Source of the DNA: an archaeon
GTDB taxonomy: Archaea > Nanobdellota > Nanobdellia > Pacearchaeales > DTIR01
Reading direction: 5' to 3'
Assembly: GCA_043799715.1 (NCBI GenBank)
Contig: JAZDNM010000003.1
Span: 156,903 to 220,902, forward strand
DNA: 64,000 bases
Shown here: piece by piece, positions 34,239 through 43,633 of the stretch
How positions within the stretch are numbered: position 1 is the first letter of the stretch
Layout of the letters: every line of letters begins with the position of its first letter
The notes under the pieces: model-generated
What the model was told of the DNA's origin: nothing
The model's database searches: none
What the model saw: only the letters and a program-made list of their open reading frames with translations
Translations under genes and position numbers: made by a program

Positions 34239-37200
34239 ATGACAGAAGTAATAAGAAAACAAATTAAGAGCATAGGATTTGGTTTGATAAGTCCTGAAGA
34301 AATAAAGAAAATAGGCGTTGCAAAAATTGTCACGCCTGAACTTTATGACATGGATGGCTATCCTGTAGATGGCGGCTTGATGGATCTGAAGCTCGGTGCA
34401 ATCGACCCGGGAGTCAGATGCAGGACTTGCGGAGGCAGGCTGAAAGAATGCCTCGGGCACTTTGGTTTTATTGAACTGGCAAGGCCTCTTATGCATATAA
34501 AATATATCAGCATAATCGAAAGAGTCTTGAGAAGCACATGCCACTCATGCAGCAGGATTCTCCTTGCCCAAAAAGATATTGAGAAATACTCCGCTTTAAT
34601 AAGGATAAAAAAAGCAAAGGATGTAAAGAAATGCCCATATTGTAATGCAGTGCAGGAAAAAGTAAAACTTGAGAAGCCTACATCCTTCGTTGTCGGCAAG
34701 AAAAGAATATTCCCAACAGAAGTAAGGGCAAAGCTGAACAAGGTTTCTGAGGAAGATTTGAAGCTTCTTGGAATAAACCCAAAAACAGCAAAACCTGAAT
34801 GGGCTGTTTTGACTTTGCTTCTTGTGCCGCCTGTAACATCAAGGCCTTCAATAACCCTTGAAACAGGAGAAAGAAGCGAAGATGACTTGACTCATAAATT
34901 AAGTGATATAGTAAGGGCAAACCAGAGATTATGGGAGAACCTGAATGCAGGAGCGCCTGAAGTTATAATAGAAGACTTATGGGATTTGCTTCAGTATCAC
35001 GCAACAACATTTTTTGACAACTCTGTCCCGCAAATACCCCCTGCAAGGCACAGGAGCGGACAGCCGCTGAAAACAATAACTGAAAGAATAAAAGGAAAAC
35101 AGGGAAGAATAAGGCACAATCTCGCTGGCAAGAGAGTTAATTTCTCTGCAAGAAGTGTTATTTCCCCAGACCCTTCCATCCGATTAAATGAAGTAGGAAT
35201 TCCGCTTGAAACTGCAAAGATAATCACAGTTAATGAAACTGTCAACACAGTAAATATCAACTTATTAAAGAAACTTGTTCTTTCAAAAGAATATCCCGCT
35301 GCAAACTATATTGTAAGGCCTGATGGCAAGAGAAAAAGAATAACTCCTGACTTGCAGGAAGACTTGGCAGACGAGCTTGCTATAGGATATACAGTTGAAA
35401 GGCATTTAAGAGACGGAGATGTTCTCCTGTTCAACAGGCATCCTTCTCTTCATAAAATGAGCCTGATGGCACATTTTGCAAAAATACTTCCAGGCAAAAC
35501 TTTCAGGCTGCATCCTGCTGTAACATTCCCATACAACGCTGATTTTGATGGGGATGAGATGAATATACATTCGCCGCAGACAGAAGAGGCAAGGGCTGAA
35601 GCAAAAATCCTGCTTGAAGTTAACCAGCAGATGATATCCCCAAAGAACAATACAAATGTCCTTGGATGCATTGCAGACGCAATAACAGGTAATTACCTTC
35701 TGACAAACAGAAAGTTTACAAGAGAAGAAGCATGCCAACTCCTCATTGAGGCAGGCGCGGACATTAGTGAATTGAAGCATGCAACAGACGGCAAGGATGT
35801 TTTTTCAGCATTGATTCCGAAGATAGATTTTGCAAGGAGAACGAGAGCTTGCATGGGGCAGGACTGCAAGTACTATGACTCAAAATCCTCAGGAGAAGAA
35901 TGCTACAGGAACTGCAAGAAAGAGAACTGCCCTGATAATTCTTATTTGAAGATAGACAACGGCAAGCTTGTGTCAGGGATAATTGACAGCCACGCTTTTG
36001 GCGTTGAGGACAGCGTAATGCTCAAGATGCTTGATGTTAATGTTGGGAGAAACAAAACAATAGATGTTTTAAGGAAAATTTTCAGCCTTGGAAGTTTGTA
36101 TCTTTCAAGAAACGGATTCACAATATCCCTCGAAGATATCAAAGTAACTGATTCCATAAAAGAAATCACACAAAACACAATAAGGGAAGCTGAACGCAAG
36201 GTCAAGGAGATTATTGATTCTTATTCAAACAAGAGCCTTGAGCCTGTGCCTGGAAAAACACGCGAAGAAACAAGGGAAATCAAGATATTGCAAGTCTTAA
36301 ATGAAGTAAGAAGCAAAGTTGGAAATATTGTAAAGAGGGAAATGCCAAAAAACAACCCAACAAATACAATGATCCTGTCAGGAGCAGGGGGAAACACGGT
36401 TTATGTAACCCAGATGGCATGCTTGGTAGGGCAGCAGGCATTATGGGGCAAGAGAATAAATTTGGGATACAGCAACAGGACACTTTCATTTTTCAAGAAC
36501 AATGACTTGTCCCCTGTGGCAGGCGGATTTATCTATTCATCATTCCTCGAGGGATTAAAGCCCTATGAATTTTTCTTTGGGGCGATGACAGGAAGGGACT
36601 CGCTTATGGACACTGCATTAAGAACACCGCGTTCAGGATATTTATACAGAAGACTTGCCAATGCGCTTCAGGATTTGAAAATAGAATACGACGGGACAGT
36701 AAGGGACGCTTCAGGCAATGTTATACAGTTTGCATACGGCGATGACGGCAAGGACACAAGCAGGCTGCATCTTCCCAACAATAAGATTGCCCCTGCAGAA
36801 GCAATCGGCATAATTACAGCGCAGTCATTCGGAGAGCCATCAACACAGATGACCTTGAATGTTTTCCATTTTGCAGGAATTTCAGAAATGCAGGTTACAC
36901 TGGGTTTGCCGCGTTTAATTGAGATATTTGACGCAAGAAAGAAGCCATCCACTCCAGCCATGGAAATCCATTTGGACTCTGATTTCAACAATGAGGAATC
37001 TGCGAGGCTTACTGCCGAGAAGATAAAGGAAATAATGCTTAAGGACATTGCAGAATCAGTGACTGTAAATTTCACAAGCAAGAGAATAGATGTACTTCTT
37101 GACAAGAAGGCGCTTAAGCAAACACATGCATCAGCAGAAACAATCGTAAGGAGACTAAATGAGAAGAATTTCAAAGTCAAGATTGATGGGGACAGTATAG

Positions 37201-37784
37201 TAATGAAAGCAGAGGAACTTGATTTCAAGGGATTATACAAGCTAAAGGAAAAAATGAAGAACATAATTGTTTCAGGGATTGAAGGAATTAAGCAAGTCCT
37301 GCCTGTAAAGAGAGATGAGAGTTATGCAATCCTGACAGCAGGCTCAAATTTAAGGGAGATATTAGAAGTAAAAGGCGTTAATGCAGGCAAAACCACAACA
37401 AATGACCTTTTTGAAGTTGCTGAAGTCCTTGGCATAGAGGCTGCGAGGCAGTCAATAATAAACGAAACATTGAAAGTTATAGAATTTCAGGGGCTTGATA
37501 TAGATGAGAGGCATGTCAGGCTTGTCGCTGATGCAATGACTTCTTCAGGAGAGATAAAAGGCACAACAAGAATAGGCATAATAAACCAGAAGACCTCAAT
37601 TCTTGCAAGAGCATCTTTTGAAACACCAATAAAGCATTTCGTGAATGCAACATTAAAAAATCAGAGAGATGAGTTAGCCAGTGTTATTGAAAATGTAATT
37701 CTAAACCAGCCTGTGCCTGTAGGCACTGGCTTGCCGGGCTTGCTTGTTAAGATAACAGGCAAGTTAAATAAGGCGCAAGAGTAG
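34239..37784 (+). CDS. rpoA: RNA polymerase subunit Rpo1 encoded as one ORF (A' and A'' portions fused), 1181 aa
   Basis: N-terminal Zn motif CRTCGG..C.GHFG. Catalytic NADFDGDEMN (35535-35564). Bridge helix GAMTGRDSLMDTALRTPRSGYLYRRL. Then, in the same frame, the A''-type trigger loop AQSFGEPSTQMTLNVFHFAG (from about 36831) and the A'' C-terminal region. Confidence 0.9.
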   Translation: MTEVIRKQIKSIGFGLISPEEIKKIGVAKIVTPELYDMDGYPVDGGLMDLKLGAIDPGVRCRTCGGRLKECLGHFGFIELARPLMHIKYISIIERVLRSTCHSCSRILLAQKDIEKYSALIRIKKAKDVKKCPYCNAVQEKVKLEKPTSFVVGKKRIFPTEVRAKLNKVSEEDLKLLGINPKTAKPEWAVLTLLLVPPVTSRPSITLETGERSEDDLTHKLSDIVRANQRLWENLNAGAPEVIIEDLWDLLQYHATTFFDNSVPQIPPARHRSGQPLKTITERIKGKQGRIRHNLAGKRVNFSARSVISPDPSIRLNEVGIPLETAKIITVNETVNTVNINLLKKLVLSKEYPAANYIVRPDGKRKRITPDLQEDLADELAIGYTVERHLRDGDVLLFNRHPSLHKMSLMAHFAKILPGKTFRLHPAVTFPYNADFDGDEMNIHSPQTEEARAEAKILLEVNQQMISPKNNTNVLGCIADAITGNYLLTNRKFTREEACQLLIEAGADISELKHATDGKDVFSALIPKIDFARRTRACMGQDCKYYDSKSSGEECYRNCKKENCPDNSYLKIDNGKLVSGIIDSHAFGVEDSVMLKMLDVNVGRNKTIDVLRKIFSLGSLYLSRNGFTISLEDIKVTDSIKEITQNTIREAERKVKEIIDSYSNKSLEPVPGKTREETREIKILQVLNEVRSKVGNIVKREMPKNNPTNTMILSGAGGNTVYVTQMACLVGQQALWGKRINLGYSNRTLSFFKNNDLSPVAGGFIYSSFLEGLKPYEFFFGAMTGRDSLMDTALRTPRSGYLYRRLANALQDLKIEYDGTVRDASGNVIQFAYGDDGKDTSRLHLPNNKIAPAEAIGIITAQSFGEPSTQMTLNVFHFAGISEMQVTLGLPRLIEIFDARKKPSTPAMEIHLDSDFNNEESARLTAEKIKEIMLKDIAESVTVNFTSKRIDVLLDKKALKQTHASAETIVRRLNEKNFKVKIDGDSIVMKAEELDFKGLYKLKEKMKNIIVSGIEGIKQVLPVKRDESYAILTAGSNLREILEVKGVNAGKTTTNDLFEVAEVLGIEAARQSIINETLKVIEFQGLDIDERHVRLVADAMTSSGEIKGTTRIGIINQKTSILARASFETPIKHFVNATLKNQRDELASVIENVILNQPVPVGTGLPGLLVKITGKLNKAQE

Positions 37785-37792
37785 ACAAGAAG

Positions 37793-38212
37793 ATGACAAG
37801 GACATTAGAGATGCAGTTTATCCAGTATATGAATTTCTTTGAAAGGGCAATAGGACTCAGGGCAAAACACTGCTTTTCTTATAACAGCACGATCTTTTTT
37901 GTGGTTAGTCCTGCTCTTGTTCCAAGAGCGCTTGGAAATGGCGCTGAAAATCTAAAGAGGCTGTCAATTATGCTAAGAAGAAAAATAAGGATTATTGCTG
38001 CCCCGTCATCTGCCAATGATGCAAAGGAGTTCATATCCCGGCTTGTTTACCCCCTTGAAATAAACGGATTTACAATTGAAGGCAAAGAAGGCTGTATTCT
38101 TGCGCCTCGGCAGTCTAGGGCGATGATTATCGGCAGAAATAAAACAAAGCTTGTTGAGCTTGAAGGGGTATTAAAAGAATACTTTGGGATAAAAAAATTA
38201 AGAGTTATCTAA
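37793..38212 (+). CDS. nusA: Archaeal NusA-like KH-domain protein
   Basis: 139 aa. Position immediately after rpoA as in archaeal rpo operons. KH-like GxxG context IIGRNKTKL. Confidence 0.7.
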   Translation: MTRTLEMQFIQYMNFFERAIGLRAKHCFSYNSTIFFVVSPALVPRALGNGAENLKRLSIMLRRKIRIIAAPSSANDAKEFISRLVYPLEINGFTIEGKEGCILAPRQSRAMIIGRNKTKLVELEGVLKEYFGIKKLRVI

Positions 38213-38215
38213 GGT

Positions 38216-39199
38216 TTACTTCCAGCTGACATCAACATCATCTGTTCTTTCATTTGCGTTGATATTCGCCTGCTTTGCTGCTATTTTTATACCTTTCCCA
38301 AACATTTTTATTCCTAAATAGGAAATCATCCCTGCATTGTCAACAAGAAACTCATTTGCCGGACAGAAAAATTTTGCTTTTCTTTCATTGCACATTATTC
38401 TTGCCATTTCCTGAAGCCTTGAATTGCACGCCACTCCCCCTCCTAGAAGCAGCTCGTCTTTCTTCAAGTGCGCAAGAGCCCTTTCAGCAGCTTCTATAAT
38501 CATTGCGAATGCTGTCTCCTGTAATGAATAAGCCAAGTCCTCTAACCTTGTGCCTTTGTCATATTTCTGCTTCAGATTTGTGAGCAAGCCTGAAAATGAA
38601 ACATCCATGCCCTTGATTGAATAAGGCAGTTCAATATATCCCCCCCCTTTTGCAAACTCAGCAATTTTTGGCCCCCCTGGAAAACCAATGCCGCAATGCC
38701 TTGCAAATGTGTCAATAAAATTTCCTATGCCTATGTCGAGAGTTTCTCCAAATACCCTGTATTTGTTTCCTGCAAATGAGATAATCTGCGTATTTGCTCC
38801 TGACGCATAAAGCAGCACAGGATTTTTGCATCCGGTTGTTTCCCCTATTTCAAGATGTGCAATGCAGTGATTTACAGGGACAATGGGTTTGTTTAATTTT
38901 AATGCAAGCTCTTTTGCAAAGCCAAGCCCTTGCAGAAGGCAGGGAGCAAGCCCAGGACCTTTAGAGAATGCTATTGCATCAATGTCCTCAATTTTAATTT
39001 TTGATTTTTCTAATGCTTCATCAAGCAATTTTTCCTTCACAGAAGCATGGTGCTTTGCCGCATCCATAGGGATAATCCCTCCCTTTTCGGTGGTATATGA
39101 ATCCCTGCAGTTCGCAATAACCTTTATCTCTTTTCCTTTTTTTTCTGCAATCCCTATCCCGAATGTGTGAGCAGTGCTCTCTATCCCCAAAATTAGCAT
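38216..39199 (-). CDS. kae1: Kae1 (tRNA t6A threonylcarbamoyltransferase, OSGEP family), stand-alone
   Basis: LGIESTAHTFGIGI N-terminus, metal-binding NHCIAHLEIG, GGVACNSRLQEM. Confidence 0.9.
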   Translation of the reverse strand: MLILGIESTAHTFGIGIAEKKGKEIKVIANCRDSYTTEKGGIIPMDAAKHHASVKEKLLDEALEKSKIKIEDIDAIAFSKGPGLAPCLLQGLGFAKELALKLNKPIVPVNHCIAHLEIGETTGCKNPVLLYASGANTQIISFAGNKYRVFGETLDIGIGNFIDTFARHCGIGFPGGPKIAEFAKGGGYIELPYSIKGMDVSFSGLLTNLKQKYDKGTRLEDLAYSLQETAFAMIIEAAERALAHLKKDELLLGGGVACNSRLQEMARIMCNERKAKFFCPANEFLVDNAGMISYLGIKMFGKGIKIAAKQANINANERTDDVDVSWK

Positions 39200-39291
39200 A
39201 CATTCTACAAGAATAAAATATTTTTAAATATATTGAGTTTTCAATTTCTGGGGGAAAGAACTGCAATATTTATATACCAAATTTATCTTGG

Positions 39292-40242
39292 ATGAATATG
39301 CTCGCGCTGAATTTGATGCTGTTCCTGGCTTCTCTTTTTGTTCTTGTAAAAAGCGCCAAGCATGCTGTGGATTACTCCTCGAAAATTGCGAGAATATTTC
39401 ACATTTCAGAATTTATTGTCAGTTTTTTCATAGTCTCTGTTATCTGTGTTTCCCCTGAAGCAACAGTCTCAATTATTTCTGCAATAAAGGGCATACCTGA
39501 ATTTGGTTTGGGGACATTGCTTGGCTCTAATGTTGCTGACTTATCCTTAGTCTTTGGCATAGTTGCTTTATTTTCTATTAAAGGGATATCTGTGAAAAGC
39601 GGGATACTGAAGAATGACTTGTTTTATCTAGCATTGCTCCTTGTTCCCCTTGTTCTGGGATTCGACGGGCATTTATCAAGAATAGATGGCATTTTGCTTG
39701 TCTTGAGCGGCGCGGTGTTTTTTGTTACTTTATCTATAAAAAATAGAATTCGCAGAAAAAATTTCAAAAAGGCAAAAAGGCAGGGATGCATAAAGAATTT
39801 GTTTCTGCTTGCTGTCAGCTTGACATTTATAATTGCCAGTGCATATTACACAGTAAAATTCGGAGTTGATTTTGCCAATGATGCAAGGATACCCCCTGTT
39901 TTAGTTGCTCTTACAATAGTCGCAGTAGGAACCTGTCTTCCAGAACTTATTTTTTCACTAAAAGCTGTGAGAGCAAAGCACGATGAACTTGCATTAGGGG
40001 ATATTCTAGGAACGGTTATCACAGATGCAACAATCCTTGTGGGAGTAATCGTTTTGATAAGACCTTTTGATTTCAATCCAATGGTAATCTACGTCACAGG
40101 AACAATGATGTTCCTTGCTGGCGCACTTGCTGTGGTATTCATTAAATCAGGAAAAGTTTTAAGCAGAAAAGAGGGGATATATCTGCTGCTGTTCTATGCA
40201 TTCTCCCTGATAGCAGAGTTTGTTGCCAGCCGTATATTGTAA
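39292..40242 (+). CDS. Na+/Ca2+ exchanger family (CaCA) antiporter
   Basis: Two alpha-repeats, GTLLGSNVADLSLVFG and GDILGTVITDATILVG. About 10 TM. Confidence 0.8.
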   Translation: MNMLALNLMLFLASLFVLVKSAKHAVDYSSKIARIFHISEFIVSFFIVSVICVSPEATVSIISAIKGIPEFGLGTLLGSNVADLSLVFGIVALFSIKGISVKSGILKNDLFYLALLLVPLVLGFDGHLSRIDGILLVLSGAVFFVTLSIKNRIRRKNFKKAKRQGCIKNLFLLAVSLTFIIASAYYTVKFGVDFANDARIPPVLVALTIVAVGTCLPELIFSLKAVRAKHDELALGDILGTVITDATILVGVIVLIRPFDFNPMVIYVTGTMMFLAGALAVVFIKSGKVLSRKEGIYLLLFYAFSLIAEFVASRIL

Positions 40243-40245
40243 AAC

Positions 40246-40254
40246 TTTTTAAAT
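40246..40254 (+). promoter_or_regulatory. TATA-like box for SRP RNA
   Basis: tttttaaat centred about 24 nt upstream of the predicted 5' end. Confidence 0.45.
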
Positions 40255-40273
40255 TGGTATTTTGTTGTGTATA

Positions 40274-40534
40274 TGCAGACTAGGCCGGCACGCTAGCCCT
40301 GTGCTATTTGTCCGCGGGCTTTAAACAGGCTGCAAAGGGAGATGTCAGATCTTCTTCATTCAGTCCTGCTGTCAACTGCGACGCCTTGTCCTGCTCGATC
40401 TTGCCGTAACGAACAGTTGAGGTTCGGAAGAAAGCAGACTTAAGCTATGGTTTAGATGCTTGCAGCCAACAAAGCTGAGAAGATAGCAGGGTTAAACTGC
40501 TTGAGGAATTTCAAGCTGCTCCCCCAGTCTGCAC
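40274..40534 (+). ncRNA. ffs: Signal recognition particle RNA (7S RNA)
   Basis: Helix-8 signature GGUUC-GGAA-GAAAGCAGAC (compare bacterial GGUCCGGAAGGAAGCAGCC). Terminal helix UGCAGACU.GG / CCCCAGUCUGCA. GC-rich relative to flanks, with no ORF. Ends approximate. Confidence 0.75.
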
Positions 40535-40592
40535 TTAAATAAGCAAATTTTAAATAGTTCTGCTATTTCTTTCTGTAAGTTAAAAGAGGGAA

Positions 40593-41192
40593 ATGGAAAA
40601 AAGAGCGCAGTTTTATATTATTATAACAGCAATAATAACTGTCGTTGTCACAGGGCTGATAACGATAGTTAATTATGCACTTGTCAAGCCAGAGCCAATA
40701 CAGTTTTATGATTTGTCAAAACAGCTCGAAAGGGAAGTCACAAGAGTTATAGATTATGGAGTTTACACAGAGGGGGATACTGCATCATATATCGAGGATT
40801 TTATCTCCAATTTCCTTGAATACAGCCATGAGAAAGACCCGAATCTTGGATTGATTTATATTTATGGCAACGCAACAGCGCTTGTTGTTGCGAATTACGG
40901 CAAGGACGATGCAGGCATTGTAACTGAATTGAACAAGACAATGCTCTATGGTTCTGAGGCAGAATCAGTAAGCCAGATAAGAATGGATATAGGGGGGCAG
41001 CAGGTTGGGAAAAAAATTATAGAGGAAAGGGGCATTTTCGGGAACATAAAAACAATGCTCGGCCCAAGCAGAATTGTCAGGGTTAACATCTCAAATACTA
41101 TATATGATTTTGATTTGAGGGGGCAGCAGTATTTTTTTGCGATAGTAAAAAGCGAAAAGGAGGGCGAGACATATTACAGCCTGATTAAGTAA
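40593..41192 (+). CDS. Type IV pilin-like protein (class III signal peptide, Gln at +1)
   Basis: MEKRA/QFYIIITAIITVVVTGLITIV. First gene of the pilin cluster. TATA-like box at 40548-40556. Confidence 0.55.
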   Translation: MEKRAQFYIIITAIITVVVTGLITIVNYALVKPEPIQFYDLSKQLEREVTRVIDYGVYTEGDTASYIEDFISNFLEYSHEKDPNLGLIYIYGNATALVVANYGKDDAGIVTELNKTMLYGSEAESVSQIRMDIGGQQVGKKIIEERGIFGNIKTMLGPSRIVRVNISNTIYDFDLRGQQYFFAIVKSEKEGETYYSLIK

Positions 41193-41198
41193 TTAAAA

Positions 41199-41687
41199 AT
41201 GAGAAAGATAACTTCAAAAAAAGGAATAACAGAGTTGATTGCATATGTGCTTCTTATAAGCATGGCAATAGCCCTGAGCATTCTTGTTTATAATTGGCTG
41301 AGGTTTTATGTAGTGCCCAGCGAATCAAAGGCGTGCCCAGGAGGAGTAAGCCTGATATTGCAGGAGTATTCATGCAGTGGAGGTAATATAAATATAACAG
41401 TTCGGAACAAGGGGCTTTTCAATATTGATGGTTACTTAATAAAGATAAACAACAAGGTTGACTCCTCAGGCAAGCCAGAAGGGCTTCCTGTTAATCTCCT
41501 TGCATCCGTGTCATTGCAAAGTTCTTTGAACCCAAGCGATGCGCATTCAGGCAGCTATTCTTATGAGGAACTTTATGGAAGAGTAGCTGAAATAGAGATA
41601 GAGCCATTCAGGAAGCAGGACAACAAAATAATTTATTGTGATGAATCAATAACAAGGCAGGTTGTGCGCTCAGTCGATTGTTTATAG
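41199..41687 (+). CDS. Archaeal type IV pilin-like protein
   Basis: MRKITSKKG/ITELIAYVLLISMAIALSILV. Confidence 0.6.
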   Translation: MRKITSKKGITELIAYVLLISMAIALSILVYNWLRFYVVPSESKACPGGVSLILQEYSCSGGNINITVRNKGLFNIDGYLIKINNKVDSSGKPEGLPVNLLASVSLQSSLNPSDAHSGSYSYEELYGRVAEIEIEPFRKQDNKIIYCDESITRQVVRSVDCL

Positions 41688-41725
41688 CAAGATTTAAAAC
41701 AGAAAAAGATTTTTAACAACAGAAA

Positions 41726-42190
41726 ATGCGAGAGAAAAGAGGAGTTACGCCGATAATAGCAACTGTTCTTCTTATAGGCCTAACTGTTGCGCTGGCAATA
41801 ATTATCTTCGCATGGACAAGGGGTTTTATCACAGAGCAGATTGAAAAATTCGGAAAGTCAGTTGACCAGGCTTGCGAGGAATTAAGCTATGACGCTGAGA
41901 TTGTTCCAGCAGGAGCCAATGTATATGATTTATACCTTTCCAACAGGGGCAATATCCCTATTTATGCTGTGGATATAAAGAAGATAGGTCCTGGAAAATC
42001 TCAGATAGACAGAAGAACAATAACAATAGCCGAGGGGCAGTCAGTAAAGGAAGCTATAACTTTGGAAAGATCAGTTTATGATACTGTTCTTGTTATGCCT
42101 GTTATACTCGGAAATGCCAGGGGAGCAGCCAATAAAAAGGCTTATGCGTGCCCTCAGCAGTATAGCAAGCAGATTAAACTGCCATTATAA
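41726..42190 (+). CDS. Archaeal type IV pilin (DUF1628-type N-terminus)
   Basis: MREKRG/VTPIIATVLLIGLTVALAIIIF. Confidence 0.7.
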   Translation: MREKRGVTPIIATVLLIGLTVALAIIIFAWTRGFITEQIEKFGKSVDQACEELSYDAEIVPAGANVYDLYLSNRGNIPIYAVDIKKIGPGKSQIDRRTITIAEGQSVKEAITLERSVYDTVLVMPVILGNARGAANKKAYACPQQYSKQIKLPL

Positions 42191-42250
42191 AAAGAAAGGT
42201 TTTTAAGTAAGAATGCCAGTCCTATAATAAAGAAAAGGAGGTTACATTAG

Positions 42251-42766
42251 ATGTTCTACAAAAACGAGAGGGCAGTGTCTTCCCTTGTTGCGACAGTTTT
42301 GCTTATTCTGATTACAGTGGCTGCAGTCGGGATTATATGGGGGGCTATCATGCCAATGCTCAACAGTGCTATGGAAATAGGACAAGCATGCCTAAATGCA
42401 AGGCTGACAATAGACACAACATCGGGCTATACCTGCTACAAAACAACAACCAATGAAGTTATGATTATGGTAGGCAGGGGGGCAGAAGAATTTTATCTTG
42501 CAGGAATGAGCCTTATTATAAGCGGCGGCGGACAGTCAAAAACATTCCAATTCAAGCAGGGAGCAGCCATCGGTGGCGTGAAAATGATAGATGGCACAAC
42601 GACAATACAGCTGCCAAGTACAAATGAAGAAAGAACTTATCTGCTCTTCATTGGAACAAACTTAACATCAGTTGAAGAGGCAAAGGTTGCTCCAATAGCA
42701 AGAGTGGGCAAGACAGACAGAGCCTGCGATGTTTCATCAAAAGTGCCTTTAACTATCTGCAGTTAA
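42251..42766 (+). CDS. Archaeal type IV pilin (DUF1628-type N-terminus)
   Basis: MFYKNERA/VSSLVATVLLILITVAAVGII. Confidence 0.65.
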   Translation: MFYKNERAVSSLVATVLLILITVAAVGIIWGAIMPMLNSAMEIGQACLNARLTIDTTSGYTCYKTTTNEVMIMVGRGAEEFYLAGMSLIISGGGQSKTFQFKQGAAIGGVKMIDGTTTIQLPSTNEERTYLLFIGTNLTSVEEAKVAPIARVGKTDRACDVSSKVPLTICS

Positions 42767-42794
42767 TCTTTCATTTTTATTTTTCATTGCTTAA

Positions 42795-43331
42795 TTGAAA
42801 ATGCAAAAGAAAGCCCAAGTATGGATAGAATCAGTTTTGTATACTCTAATAGGGTTAGCTATAATCGGGCTTCTTCTTGCTGTGATGCGCCCAAAAATCA
42901 GCCAGACACAGGACCAGTTTGTTATCCAGCAGACTATCCGTGCACTGAATGAGGTTGACAACAAAATTCTTGAGATAAAACAGGCAACAGGCAACAGGCG
43001 TATAATTGATTTTCAATTATCCAAAGGGGTTCTGACAGTCCTATCTGCCGATGACAGAATAGAATGGAAGCTTGCAGGCAGCACTTACATGTACTCTGAA
43101 CCAGGCTCAACAGCATGGATAAGCAACATAAAAGTCCTGACAGAGAAAGTGGCTGACAAATATGATATAACACTCATTCTGGATTACAAAAATAAGAATG
43201 ACATTCTTGTAGACTCTCAGCAGGTATCGAGGACAATGCAGCCTGCAAAAACACCTTATGTTCTCACTTTGGAAAACATTGGGCAGAATACCCAGAGCAA
43301 GCTGATCAAGATTGACTTCTCAATCCAGTAA
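42795..43331 (+). CDS. Type IV pilin-like protein (Gln at +1, Glu at +5)
   Basis: MKMQKKA/QVWIESVLYTLIGLAIIGLLLAV. Confidence 0.55.
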   Translation: MKMQKKAQVWIESVLYTLIGLAIIGLLLAVMRPKISQTQDQFVIQQTIRALNEVDNKILEIKQATGNRRIIDFQLSKGVLTVLSADDRIEWKLAGSTYMYSEPGSTAWISNIKVLTEKVADKYDITLILDYKNKNDILVDSQQVSRTMQPAKTPYVLTLENIGQNTQSKLIKIDFSIQ

Positions 43332-43380
43332 AAAGACCTTGCCTAATTTCCCAATATCAGTTATTCCTATAAAAACAAGA

Positions 43381-43390
43381 TTTAAAAATT
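43381..43390 (+). promoter_or_regulatory. TATA-like box for tRNA-Ser
   Basis: tttaaaaatt centred about 27 nt upstream of the tRNA 5' end. Confidence 0.5.
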
Positions 43391-43411
43391 GAAAATTCAT
43401 CTGCTTCTTGT

Positions 43412-43592
43412 GCCCGGATGGCCCAATGGCAAGGCGCAAGGTTGCTAAAAGCCTTTCTTAACACAGAGGAAAGTAAAGCTTTCCTATGTCCCGAAAATCT
43501 GAAAAGATTTTCGCGAAGAAAGCTTTGGGAAAGAAACCACAAAAACCTTGTTTCTCGCAAGAGATTTGCAGGTTCGATTCCTGCTCCGGGCG
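43412..43592 (+). tRNA. tRNA-Ser(GCU), class II, with ~97-nt intron at 37/38
   Basis: Acceptor GCCCGGA/UCCGGGC. Anticodon stem CAAGG/CCUUG with loop UU-GCU-A interrupted about 43448-43544. Long variable arm UCUC-GCAA-GAGA. T arm GCAGG-UUCGAUU-CCUGC, discriminator G. Confidence 0.85.
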
Positions 43593-43633
43593 TGCTAGAA
43601 ATATTTATAAATTATGATTTCAGTTAATTTACT

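Noticed and set aside
43418-43627. 69-aa + strand ORF spanning the tRNA-Ser region
   Set aside because: It starts inside the tRNA D arm and reads through the intron and 3' exon. The cloverleaf with Ser-type variable arm explains the sequence.
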